Both the position numbers and the translations under genes were made by a program. From positions 1 through 64,000 of IMG/VR virus record IMGVR_UViG_3300025401_000016: DNA of 64,000 nt; one strand, written 5' to 3'. This stretch comes from a virus. Below the pieces are notes generated by a model. It saw only the letters and a list, made by a program, of their open reading frames with translations, ran no database searches and had not been told where the DNA came from. How positions within the stretch are numbered: the stretch's first letter is position 1; each line of letters begins with the position of its first letter. Shown one piece after another: positions 10,021 to 19,224 of this stretch.

Positions 10021-11127
10021 TTAAATACCAGCCAAACGTCTTAGATCAATCACATTATCACGTGATGTTTCTTCAACTTCTTGTTTTGTGGTAGCTTTAT
10101 CCCCAGTTACTGCTTGTACACTTTCTGAAAGCATAGATTTTTTAGTTTCTTTTCTTTCATTAATGTTATTAAGCACCGCAGGTAGATACTTGTCGAAAGC
10201 GGCTTGCAATTTTGGTGTTTGCACACTTTCTAGTAAGTCACGCATTACTGTTGCTTTTTCTTCATTCAAAGTACTTAGCAATTCATCCATAGTTTTTTGA
10301 CGACTATTAGATTCTTTAATAATACGAACTTCACGTTCTTTACTTTCAATTAGTTTTTGAGCCTGTACAATTTTCTTCGTTGACTCTTCTAATTGTTGTT
10401 CTTTACTTTCTAATGTTGCCATTAGTTTTCTCGTTTCTGCTTTTGAATTCAAATATGTACTACTGAATTCTGTTGCAAAACTTTCAAAGATACGGCGACC
10501 AAAATCGTTTTCACGAGCAGTCTTAATATCTTCTCTTAACTGATTCATTTCACCTTTGAGATGTTTAGCTACAGCTTCATTAACACGCTTTCCACTTTCA
10601 GACACAAAACGTGCCTTCAATGCTTCCAACTGTTGACGACCTTCAGCAACTAACTTAACCTTTGCTTCAACTACTGCTTGTTTGTCTTGTGAGAATTCTT
10701 TAATTTCTTTTGCAAGAGCTTGAACAACGAATTGCTCTAACTTTTGTTGACTTTCTGTTTGTAGTTTACGCTCACTACGTAATTCTTTGATTTCTTCTGA
10801 TAATTTTGTTACCATAAAATCATTAAATTTGCTTGCGTTTTCACGCAATTTTTGATGAGCTTTAACACGGTCTTCGTTCATTGCTTTCTTTTCAGCTTGA
10901 AATTCTTCAATTTCAGCTTGTAAGCTTTCTGTAACCATACTGTCAAGGGCTTCAACCATAATTAATTTATCATGGTCATAACGTTGTGCAAACTCTTCAC
11001 GTAGTTCAGCACGTACTTGCTCACGAGCCTCATTCAACTTAGATTCCCATGCCTCATTTATCGCTTGGCTTGTTTCTTCGTTGATAATTCCGTTCTCAAG
11101 TAATGGTTTAATAATTTCCAAATTCAT
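10021..11127 (-). CDS. gp22: Prohead core scaffolding protein (T4 gp22-like)
   Basis: Glu/Lys-rich coiled coil directly upstream of the capsid gene; C-terminal LRRLAGI. Confidence 0.85.
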   Translation of the reverse strand: MNLEIIKPLLENGIINEETSQAINEAWESKLNEAREQVRAELREEFAQRYDHDKLIMVEALDSMVTESLQAEIEEFQAEKKAMNEDRVKAHQKLRENASKFNDFMVTKLSEEIKELRSERKLQTESQQKLEQFVVQALAKEIKEFSQDKQAVVEAKVKLVAEGRQQLEALKARFVSESGKRVNEAVAKHLKGEMNQLREDIKTARENDFGRRIFESFATEFSSTYLNSKAETRKLMATLESKEQQLEESTKKIVQAQKLIESKEREVRIIKESNSRQKTMDELLSTLNEEKATVMRDLLESVQTPKLQAAFDKYLPAVLNNINERKETKKSMLSESVQAVTGDKATTKQEVEETSRDNVIDLRRLAGI

Positions 11128-11753
11128 TGGATTTCCCCTTTTATAGTTGTTCCGTTTAACTCCGGATCACCGAGCATGGATGATACAAAATACCATCCAT
11201 TCTTATTAGCTTTAGCCCATCTAGATATAGTACGGGCTGAAACGTCATAAACTTTTGCACCTTCATAAGAGGTGATGTATTTTGTTCCGTTAGGATCAAT
11301 ATAGTATCCACTCCATGTAGGATTTTTTATTCCTAATTTTTGTTCTCTTAATATTTTTCTAGTTTCAATAGTAACAGGGTTTCTTTTTTGTCCCTTTCTA
11401 CTAATTGAAATTTTTGTTTTCTGCTCTGATGACAACGACAATCCTTTATTATAAGAAGGGATACCAATCGTGCAAAATTTACCATCACCATTGTGCTGAT
11501 TAAAACTTCTAGAATCATTCTTTGCATCAAATAGTTTTAGAATTTCTGCCTCTAAATTTCTCATTTCTATAGGATTACCGGTTGCAATTATTTCTCGTTT
11601 CCATTGAGTTTTATCATTAATTATTAAAGGTTTTACTATTCTACTAGAACAAATATAACCATCTTCAACATGAGACTTTTTGCTAGTACGTGATCCAATA
11701 TACCATTTCATTGTTGGTAAGTGAGTCCATTTATATACGTAAGCGGTTGTCAT
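11124..11753 (-). mobile_element. Free-standing GIY-YIG homing endonuclease with NUMOD3-like motifs (Seg-like)
   Basis: AYVYKWT...WYIGSR...Y..SS...E...N catalytic pattern; NKG..LS.EQKTKIS.SRKG DNA-binding repeat; lies between gp21 and gp22, and its stop overlaps the gp22 start (ATGA). Confidence 0.85.
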
Positions 11754-11762
11754 TTTTAATTC

Positions 11763-12398
11763 TTATTTAATTTTAAGATCTTTAATAAGACGAGTTACCT
11801 CATCCTTTAAGTATCTTTGTACTTTACTGTCGTTCTGTGCATCTTTTGCTATACCTAACAATTTATGACCATGACGCATATTCATCATGCCTTCATATAT
11901 TGCTTTGGGGTATGCATTAGGTGCTGAGGGTTGAGCCACAATATCCACAGTGACTATTTCAAAGTCACTAACCTTTCCTGTTGCATCATCAACGTTACCG
12001 CTGCCTCTGCTGGATACTCCTAATTTGACACCACTGTCCAACATAGTCGATACTAATTGTCCCATTGGTGTTGGTAATATCTTTAGTTTTCCAAATCCAT
12101 TTGCACCATCCATCCACATAGATGTGATCATGTGTGAAACTCGGTCTAAATTTATTTTAAGATCATCTGGGTGATCTACTTCTCCAAGTACTGAATAACC
12201 AGATGTTATTTGTTCGTTTAATGAATTAACTGCAATCTCAATTTCAGACACAGGGTAAACACGCTCATTTGCGTTTTTTACCCCGCCCTGAATAAAGATG
12301 CCCTTCATATAAAGGCTCTTTTTAGATCCTTCACCTTCACTCTCGACCACGATATTGGCGCGGTCGAAAGTTAGATGTTCTTTGAGATACAAAGCCAT
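11763..12398 (-). CDS. gp21: Prohead protease (T4 gp21 family)
   Basis: GIFIQGGVKNANERVYP, LGEVDHP, GVSSRGSG, TVDIVAQPSAPNA motifs. Confidence 0.95.
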   Translation of the reverse strand: MALYLKEHLTFDRANIVVESEGEGSKKSLYMKGIFIQGGVKNANERVYPVSEIEIAVNSLNEQITSGYSVLGEVDHPDDLKINLDRVSHMITSMWMDGANGFGKLKILPTPMGQLVSTMLDSGVKLGVSSRGSGNVDDATGKVSDFEIVTVDIVAQPSAPNAYPKAIYEGMMNMRHGHKLLGIAKDAQNDSKVQRYLKDEVTRLIKDLKIK

Positions 12399-12412
12399 TA
12401 CCTCAGTTTACC

Positions 12413-13204
12413 TTACTTAACAATCTTCTTTGTAGTCTTTTTAGACTCAATCACAGATTTTGTGTTTGCACCATCATCACCATGCTTTGGCTTAGGTGCT
12501 GTTTCTGTTTTGCTACCGTCTTGTCCAGGAGCATTTTTGTACTTACCAGGAATTGTAGCTGGAGCTTTTACTGTACCACCTTTTTCGTCACCACCAAATG
12601 CATTAACTGCTTTAGCACCATTGCCTTGAACTTTAGGTCCACTGCTTACTGTACTTCTTGTTTGTGCACCATTGTCACCGTGTGTTACAGAAACTTTTTT
12701 CATTTCAACGGCTTCCATCATAGACTCTTCGTCATCAGATGCTTCCATCATGTCCTCATCGCCCATGTCTTCGTCACCCATGTCTTCTTCGCCCTCTTCA
12801 TCGTGACCTTCTTTACCCATGATTTGTTCAAATTCGGCCATCAATTCGTCTAACTTGTCTTCTAAGTCAACAACACGGTCTTCAATGTCATGTTCTGTTT
12901 CATTACCATCTTCCATGTCATCGCTATCTAATTCGATGTCATCAGTATCACCCATACCGTCATCAGTTTCGATGTCGGCAAAGTCTTCGTCTTCTTCGGT
13001 CATACCTTCTTCTTCAGCGGAAATCTCATCAAGTAGTCCACCTACTTGTCCGCCCATATTTTCGTCCATACCTTCTTCGTCCATCATTGATTCATAGATT
13101 TCGCGGCTTTTTTCAACTACGATATCATGGAATAATGCACGTGCTTTATCTTCGTCTTCATTGATAATCAAATCAATAAGTTGCTCAAATTTTTTGTTGT
13201 CCAT
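12413..13204 (-). CDS. Acidic prohead core protein (gp67/gp68-like position)
   Basis: Very Asp/Glu-rich with a basic C-terminus, between portal and protease; GGAGA RBS. Confidence 0.6.
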   Translation of the reverse strand: MDNKKFEQLIDLIINEDEDKARALFHDIVVEKSREIYESMMDEEGMDENMGGQVGGLLDEISAEEEGMTEEDEDFADIETDDGMGDTDDIELDSDDMEDGNETEHDIEDRVVDLEDKLDELMAEFEQIMGKEGHDEEGEEDMGDEDMGDEDMMEASDDEESMMEAVEMKKVSVTHGDNGAQTRSTVSSGPKVQGNGAKAVNAFGGDEKGGTVKAPATIPGKYKNAPGQDGSKTETAPKPKHGDDGANTKSVIESKKTTKKIVK

Positions 13205-13239
13205 TGTTTGTCTCCTGAATTAAAATGGCTTTGTAGAGT

Positions 13240-13246
13240 TATTTAG
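13240..13246 (-). promoter_or_regulatory. T4-type late promoter for the head operon
   Basis: CTAAATA on the minus strand ~35 nt upstream of ATG 13204. Confidence 0.65.
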
Positions 13247-13315
13247 TGTGTAGTCACTAAAACATATCAATAACTGCTATTTTTTTGCGTTTTTATCGCA
13301 AATATGCAGTTTTGA

Positions 13316-13549
13316 TTACAATCCAGGAGCTGCTGCACCTTCTGCTTGAGCAGGTGCATATTGTTTTCTTAATTTTTTAAGATTATTTGATCGCTCATAA
13401 TTGCGAACATCTAACATTCTACGCAACTTTCGTAATTGACGTAGTGTTAATTTTGATTTGCGTAACTCATGCCATTTAGGTGCGCTGTTATCAGAATCTG
13501 TATCCTGATACCCATCTATAGCTTTGTCAAACATTTCAAGTAATTTCAT
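13316..13549 (-). CDS. Small head-assembly protein (hypothetical)
   Basis: 77 aa, basic LTLRQLRKLRRM helix, between portal and core genes; GATAAATA at 13556-13563. Confidence 0.7.
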   Translation of the reverse strand: MKLLEMFDKAIDGYQDTDSDNSAPKWHELRKSKLTLRQLRKLRRMLDVRNYERSNNLKKLRKQYAPAQAEGAAAPGL

Positions 13550-13561
13550 ATAAGGTATTTA

Positions 13562-15364
13562 TCACATATTTGGTGAACCAGCAGGAGCTCCTGCTCCACC
13601 TGCTGGCATCGCTTCAGGTCCTGCTACTGCAGCACCCAATTCATTAGGTGGCATTTCTTGTCCTGGTTGTGGAGCAAGATTTTCCATATTGTCTTTATCA
13701 GTTTCCAAGTCACCCGGACTTATACCAATACTACGTAAGTCACTACCTGATGTTTCACTATCTTCTGGCTTCTCACGTTCTTCAAACCACATACTTTGAT
13801 TCTTTTCAATTTCTTCTTGTGTTAAGCCTAAGAAACGTTCCATTGCAAAACGTTTTGCAATATACGGAAATGCTTCCATAGTTTGAAATACTGAAACACG
13901 TGCATTATCTAATTCACTTTGTCGATATGCGGCAAAGTTTTGCGGTGGATTGAATGTAATGTCAAACAAACTTGAATCAATATTAAACCCTCTCCAACGC
14001 ATGAATAACTTAAACTCTTCATTCAATTTCTTACTCATGTAGTTTTGCAAACGTTCACAATATTGATTAAAGCGAAACTCTTGAATCATGGCTGTACCAA
14101 CACGACCATCGCTCAACGGAGTTGGACTATCTTCTGGTCCTTGAGGTAAATATGAACTTGGGACACGTAAACCACGTGCTAATCTATTATTGAAATAACG
14201 TAAGTCATCAATTTCACCCAAATTCTGACCACCGGGTAATGTCGTAACTGTACTTCCGCGCCCATCAGCGGTTTGTGGGAAAAAGTAATCTTCGTTCATA
14301 CTTAATGGATTATATGTAGCATCCATTATACTTGCACCACCTTGTACACTTGGGATGCGTCTTTGATGAATTTCATTTTTAATACGATCTACAAACGCCA
14401 TAGCCATGTGGCTTGGCATATTACCTACGTCAATCGTAAATACCCTACGTTCTGGGGCACGTTGTACACGATAGATTAGAATCGCATCTTCAAGCAATTC
14501 TTTTTGTTTATATACTTTAAAAATATTTTCTAAAACTGATTGTCCAAAAGGCCAATATCTATCTAAACCTTCCGTCAAGCTTAGATGTACGACATGTTTT
14601 GCATCTATTGCGGCTTCATTTAATCCTAGTCTAAAGCGACTTCCAGCAGTCCCATTTGGCATACTAGGAACTGTATAACCTTGAGCAGAACCACCGCCAC
14701 CTGTACCACCAAAGCCAGTTGCAGGGCTCATTGCAAAGTCTGTGCTAACTTTTTCAGCAATACTTAAGTTTTGTAAATTTGGATTAATATCTTTGATAAC
14801 ATACTGTTCTGGGAGCTTTCCTTCGCTCTCATTAACAATAACTTTAGTCACTTTAGTCATATCAACCCAGTATAACTTAAAGTTTTCTGGATCTCTTACG
14901 AATACTTGATCACCGTATTTGATTGTATTACGGAAGATTTTGAATGCTCTAGTATCAAATTCATTGAGTTTACACCACTGTTGTAGTTGTGTTTTAATAA
15001 TATTAACTTCATGTGGTGTTGGATCTTCTGTGAATATTATCTCAAAAGGTGTCTTGTTTTGTTCGTTTTTTTGTGTACTGAACTCAGCAATAATGTCTAA
15101 ACATGCATTAATTTCAGCATCTACATCCATCATTTCATACTGATTATAGCGTTCAATACGATTTGGATGTCCTGTATACACCTCAGGCAAACGGCTTTGA
15201 TAATTTTTATATCCAAAATCATTATTATGATATTCTTCCGAACTACCTGAATTTTTATAATTTTTAGGCATACCATTCCAGGCGCCGTAATTGTTATTGG
15301 ATCCTGATATAGGACTTAGGGCGCCGGTTGTATTTGGGGCGGAAAAACGCTTTTTATATGACAT
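13562..15364 (-). CDS. gp20: Portal vertex protein (T4 gp20 family)
   Basis: LLEDAILIYRVQRAPERRVFTIDVGNMP, EDYFFP...GRGSTVTTLPGGQNLGEIDD motifs. Confidence 0.96.
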   Translation of the reverse strand: MSYKKRFSAPNTTGALSPISGSNNNYGAWNGMPKNYKNSGSSEEYHNNDFGYKNYQSRLPEVYTGHPNRIERYNQYEMMDVDAEINACLDIIAEFSTQKNEQNKTPFEIIFTEDPTPHEVNIIKTQLQQWCKLNEFDTRAFKIFRNTIKYGDQVFVRDPENFKLYWVDMTKVTKVIVNESEGKLPEQYVIKDINPNLQNLSIAEKVSTDFAMSPATGFGGTGGGGSAQGYTVPSMPNGTAGSRFRLGLNEAAIDAKHVVHLSLTEGLDRYWPFGQSVLENIFKVYKQKELLEDAILIYRVQRAPERRVFTIDVGNMPSHMAMAFVDRIKNEIHQRRIPSVQGGASIMDATYNPLSMNEDYFFPQTADGRGSTVTTLPGGQNLGEIDDLRYFNNRLARGLRVPSSYLPQGPEDSPTPLSDGRVGTAMIQEFRFNQYCERLQNYMSKKLNEEFKLFMRWRGFNIDSSLFDITFNPPQNFAAYRQSELDNARVSVFQTMEAFPYIAKRFAMERFLGLTQEEIEKNQSMWFEEREKPEDSETSGSDLRSIGISPGDLETDKDNMENLAPQPGQEMPPNELGAAVAGPEAMPAGGAGAPAGSPNM

Positions 15365-15371
15365 GATGTTA

Positions 15372-15379
15372 TATTTATC
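15372..15379 (-). promoter_or_regulatory. T4-type late promoter for the portal gene (near-leaderless mRNA)
   Basis: GATAAATA with only 7 nt between it and the ATG at 15364; no Shine-Dalgarno. Confidence 0.65.
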
Positions 15380-15381
15380 AA

Positions 15382-17937
15382 TTATCCCACATGGGTGGCT
15401 ATTTTATTACTGACATCAATAAGTGTACTTATTTCTGATGCTATAACTTGCAATTCATTTAAAAGATCACCTAAGTTAACACCGTCTCTGATTTGATTTT
15501 GTATTGGTTTTGTAGATTCATCTACTTTATTAGCTTTAGCTGTTGCATCTTCTACTATTTTTTGAACCAAGCTTGCTACTGCTTGATTGTCAACTTTTTG
15601 GTTTACTACGGGAACAGTTGGTGCAGATTTATTATCATTTGTATTATCAGCCGATGTCATAGGTGGGTTAGTTAACTCCCAATGCACAGGATCTTTTTTA
15701 GGAAAGGGTTGTGTAAATCCTTTTTCTTGTAATAATTTACGAATTTCAGGATGTTTATATAGATACTCAGTTGGTACGTCTATTGCTTGACCTGTTTCAT
15801 GTTTGCTTGCACCTGGTTCAGCTACTGGATTAGGATTATTTCCTCTATTTTTATACAATTGTTCTTGTTGCTCATGAGTTCTAAATCCACCATATGTCCC
15901 AATTGGTATATTGTATTTTTTTGCAAATTCATTAATTGTTAAACCATCTACTAATCCTGTTTGATTAGGTTTTTGCTCTGTTGGTTTATTTTCAGGTAAA
16001 TTGTTTGTTTGGTTTGGCGCCGGTGTAGTATCAGTTGATTGTTTATTCTCATCTTCTTTTTTTTCCAAAGCTAAATATTTATTAGCCTTCTCTACCAATT
16101 GTTTACTTTTATAGAGTGCTAATTCATTATCTCTTTGATCTGCTCGTATCTCATTTATTTTTTGATTGAATGTCTTTACATCCTCATCGTATGCCCTGAT
16201 ACCAGGACCGTAACCATTCGCTTTTAGTTTTTCTAGACTATCTATTTTCTCTTTTACTGCTTTATTATATTTTTCTTGTAATTCGTTTTTTTCTTTTTCT
16301 AATTCTTTTTTTGTTTGTGCTTCTTCATCTATTACTGTATTAGCATCTTTTGTTGACTCAATTGTTCTCCATAAATCTGTAAAATCTATTTTACCAAAAG
16401 TTATAAATTTAACAAATTTAGCAAGGCCGTATGAAGCATTATCCAACATATCAGTAAATTTTTTGATAATATCCATTGATGTTTCAAATGTGCTATCTGC
16501 AAGTTTGTCTAGTTTTTGCCTCGCTATCATACTATCATATTCTGCCTGAGCAGCTTTTATTACTTTTGGATCACCTTTTCTTTTAGCTTCTTCTAAATTA
16601 GCTTTTGCCACTAATACACTACTCATATTTCTTAATTTATTTTCTGCTTCCATTGTCTGTAATGTAGTACCTAGTGCAGCTCCGGCTTCATTACTTGCTA
16701 ATGCAGTTTCTCTATTTGCTCTATTATTTGCAGCCAACGCCGGTAGTGTTTGCTTTTTTAGTACATCAGCCATACCTAAGAATGCGTTACCACCGCCACG
16801 TACAACGTTTTGAAATCCAACAATGGTAGGTAACAATAGTCTTTGATAATTTGCTGCTAATTCAGTAGTTGCCCTACCGCCGTTTGCAATCAATGACATA
16901 GCTGCAGCACTCATTGTTGTACCAACTTGTTCTTGCATCAACAACATTGCGTTACTTGCTTGTTGTGCTAATGCAGGACCATTTGGTCCTGACTCTCTGA
17001 GTTTTTGTAGATATATTTGAAAATCTAAACTTGCTTGTTGTTCTTGTATTTTTTGTTGTGCAACATCTTTGCTCTGACCAGTTAACTGACTTAGTTCAGT
17101 TAATTGTTCAATATATTCTTTTGTTTTTGCAGTTACATCTGCTATATTATTAGATTCTAATTTACCAAATTTAGTTTGGTTTGCGATACTTAGTCCGGCA
17201 AATTTTATAATTTCTTGTTCAGTTACGCCCAGTGCTTTGAAATCAAAAAAATTATCTTTATCTGTTAATAAATGTTTTACTACCTGTTCAAAGTTTTTTC
17301 CACCTGCTGTAATGCTACCACCAAATGCACCTAAATCAGGCGCAATTCCCCTAAGTGTATTAGCAAAAAACGCTAAATTTTCTGATGATGAGCCTGTATC
17401 AATCTTAAGTTCTTGCATCAAGTTGGAATAATTACCAAACTCATCAACTATATTAGTAAATCTAACACCAACATCACTTAGTGTGTTATAAGTTTTTAAG
17501 TACTCATCATTGTTCTTCAATCCTAAGGCAACAAGACCACCAAATACTTTAATGAGTTCACCGGCAACAACACCTAAAAGTCCTAATTTTGATGTCATTG
17601 ATGCAATTGTGTCCGTAACACCTTCAACTGCACCGCCATATTTACCAACACCCTGTTCAGAACTGACCATCGCAGATCCAAAACGTTTGGTCAATGCGAC
17701 TAGTTGTTCAGTTGCAAGAGTAAGATTTGACTTTGATTTCTCTTCTTTTTTGGATGCCTCAGTTACACCTTCGGCAGCCCGATCTAGATCATTGAGTTCT
17801 TTACCAAAAGAGCCGGCGTGTTTACCAATAACTTTAAAAGCTTTTTCTAGGTCATTGGCTGCATCCTGATTACCTTCAACTAGTCTTTTAACAAATTCAT
17901 TGAATTCACGGGACACATCTTCATTATTATCTGCCAC
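15382..17937 (-). CDS. Tape-measure-like protein with C-terminal M15 (VanY-like) peptidase
   Basis: Long Ala/Leu/Gln-rich helical body, then GFRT..QQ..LY...PGASKHETGQAID...DPVHWE. Start GTG 17937 (AAGGA RBS) preferred over ATG 17970. Confidence 0.75.
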   Translation of the reverse strand: MADNNEDVSREFNEFVKRLVEGNQDAANDLEKAFKVIGKHAGSFGKELNDLDRAAEGVTEASKKEEKSKSNLTLATEQLVALTKRFGSAMVSSEQGVGKYGGAVEGVTDTIASMTSKLGLLGVVAGELIKVFGGLVALGLKNNDEYLKTYNTLSDVGVRFTNIVDEFGNYSNLMQELKIDTGSSSENLAFFANTLRGIAPDLGAFGGSITAGGKNFEQVVKHLLTDKDNFFDFKALGVTEQEIIKFAGLSIANQTKFGKLESNNIADVTAKTKEYIEQLTELSQLTGQSKDVAQQKIQEQQASLDFQIYLQKLRESGPNGPALAQQASNAMLLMQEQVGTTMSAAAMSLIANGGRATTELAANYQRLLLPTIVGFQNVVRGGGNAFLGMADVLKKQTLPALAANNRANRETALASNEAGAALGTTLQTMEAENKLRNMSSVLVAKANLEEAKRKGDPKVIKAAQAEYDSMIARQKLDKLADSTFETSMDIIKKFTDMLDNASYGLAKFVKFITFGKIDFTDLWRTIESTKDANTVIDEEAQTKKELEKEKNELQEKYNKAVKEKIDSLEKLKANGYGPGIRAYDEDVKTFNQKINEIRADQRDNELALYKSKQLVEKANKYLALEKKEDENKQSTDTTPAPNQTNNLPENKPTEQKPNQTGLVDGLTINEFAKKYNIPIGTYGGFRTHEQQEQLYKNRGNNPNPVAEPGASKHETGQAIDVPTEYLYKHPEIRKLLQEKGFTQPFPKKDPVHWELTNPPMTSADNTNDNKSAPTVPVVNQKVDNQAVASLVQKIVEDATAKANKVDESTKPIQNQIRDGVNLGDLLNELQVIASEISTLIDVSNKIATHVG

Positions 17938-17948
17938 AATTTTATCCT

Positions 17949-17980
17949 TATAAATACGATTACGGTACATAGTATTTATA
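17949..17980. promoter_or_regulatory. Pair of face-to-face T4 consensus late promoters
   Basis: TATAAATA on plus at 17949-17956 and on minus at 17980-17973. Confidence 0.85.
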
Positions 17981-18000
17981 GTAAAAAATAGGAGCTAAAA

Positions 18001-18828
18001 ATGGAATCATCAAACCCACTACAACAATATTTTCGTAGACCATCAATTTATTTGAAATTACCCAGTCAGGGTCAGGGATACCCTGAGGGTGCAATCGATC
18101 TTCCTGAAAATTTAGAGATTCCTATATATCCCATGACTGCTATCGATGAGATAACTACTAGAACTCCTGACAGTTTATACAATGGTATGGCTGTAGTAGA
18201 ACTTATTAAAAGCTGTGCACCCAATATCAAAGATCCATGGAGTATACCATTAACTGATTTAGATCCAATATTAGTTGCAATACGTATTGCTACAAACGGT
18301 ACCTTTATGGAGATAGATACTAGTTGCCCAAGTTGCAGCGAAGGTGCAAAATTTGATCTTAATTTAACCGCAGTACTGAATGATTTTCAAGCAGGTGACT
18401 ATAGCACACCGTTGACCATTGGAGATTTAAACTTTAAGTTTAGACCTTTACAATACAGAGAAATCAATGAAACGAATTTAATACAATTTGAAGTTCAAAA
18501 GTTGATTAGTATAGTGCAACAAACAGAAGATCAAGAATTAAAAAATCAAAAAACACAAGAATTGTTACTAAAGATCAATGGGATCGCTTCCAGTGTTATA
18601 ACCAAAACCATTGAATACATACAAACACCAAATAGTACTGTGTTTGAAAAAGAGTATATTAAAGAATTTTTAGATAACTGTGATAAGAATACATTTGAAA
18701 CTGTAAAAGACTTTTCTGTAAAAATCAGAGAACTATCTGAAAATAAACCACTGGACATTACTTGTACTAGTTGCCAACACCAATATAAACAATCATTTGC
18801 TATTAACCCATCAACTTTTTTCGAATAA
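18001..18828 (+). CDS. gp26: Baseplate hub / tail assembly chaperone (T4 gp26-like)
   Basis: P.IYLKLPS.G, P+TA.DE, D+D.IL+AIR.A+ and two CxxC pairs (CPSC, CTSC); AGGAG RBS. Confidence 0.8.
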   Translation: MESSNPLQQYFRRPSIYLKLPSQGQGYPEGAIDLPENLEIPIYPMTAIDEITTRTPDSLYNGMAVVELIKSCAPNIKDPWSIPLTDLDPILVAIRIATNGTFMEIDTSCPSCSEGAKFDLNLTAVLNDFQAGDYSTPLTIGDLNFKFRPLQYREINETNLIQFEVQKLISIVQQTEDQELKNQKTQELLLKINGIASSVITKTIEYIQTPNSTVFEKEYIKEFLDNCDKNTFETVKDFSVKIRELSENKPLDITCTSCQHQYKQSFAINPSTFFE

Positions 18829-18868
18829 GGCTCCATTCTTTAGACTCCGAGGGAATCAAGGGCCTTAT
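18816..18868 (+). other. Putative -1 ribosomal frameshift signal
   Basis: In-frame slippery heptamer T TTT TTC (18816-18822) one codon before the stop; hairpin ATAAGGCTC(18825-33)/GGGCCTTAT(18860-68) with inner ATTCTTT/AGGGAAT. Confidence 0.75.
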
Positions 18869-19052
18869 CGCACAATACGAAAAAGAATGTGATGATATCA
18901 AGACTGGAGCAATGAAAATGGCTTGGTATATGAGAGGTAGTGTATCATATACTGACATACTCAACATGAGCATATCTGAGAGAAAAGCCATAAACAAATT
19001 GATTGATGATAACTTAGACACTACTAAGAAGTCCGGACTACCATTCTTCTAA
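18822..19052 (+). CDS. gp51-like ORF, probably the -1 frameshift extension of gp26
   Basis: The -1 frame is open from the slippery site to TAA 19050-52: RIRLHSLDSEGIKGLIAQYEKECDDIKTGAMKMAWYMRGSVSYTDILNMSISERKAINKLIDDNLDTTKKSGLPFF. First ATG only at 18912/18918. Not in the ORF track. Confidence 0.75.
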   Translation, partial: RIRLHSLDSEGIKGLIAQYEKECDDIKTGAMKMAWYMRGSVSYTDILNMSISERKAINKLIDDNLDTTKKSGLPFF

Positions 19053-19100
19053 AATATTTTTATTTTATCCATAGTTATTCATTTATCATAACTTAGGGTT

Positions 19101-19174
19101 ATCTTTAAAGATTACCTTCGGTAATCTAATACCTTCACTCATACTTCGCTTCGCTCAGTCTATCGTTCGGTATT
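19101..19174 (-). other. Hairpin cluster with cGAAg/GCGAAGC triloops (possible ssDNA origin or primase signal)
   Basis: AGATTACC-ttc-GGTAATCT (19109-27); AATACC/GGTATT stem (19128-33/19169-74) enclosing GCGAAGC on the minus strand (19154-48); palindrome ATCTTTAAAGAT. Confidence 0.45.
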
Positions 19175-19224
19175 GTTTTTATTCACATCTATTCTTTTTT
19201 GTACTTTATTTCTTTTAGGAATAC

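Noticed and set aside
11124-11753. Group I intron around the endonuclease, or a small ribozyme in the GC-rich patch at 11150-11185
   Set aside because: Both flanking genes are complete with only 9 nt of spacer, there is no P7 core, and only weak 4-bp stems without a recognisable ribozyme core are present.
17938-17970. ATG 17970 start for the tape-measure-like gene
   Set aside because: It lies 2 nt from the late box, upstream of the expected transcription start; GTG 17937 has an RBS.
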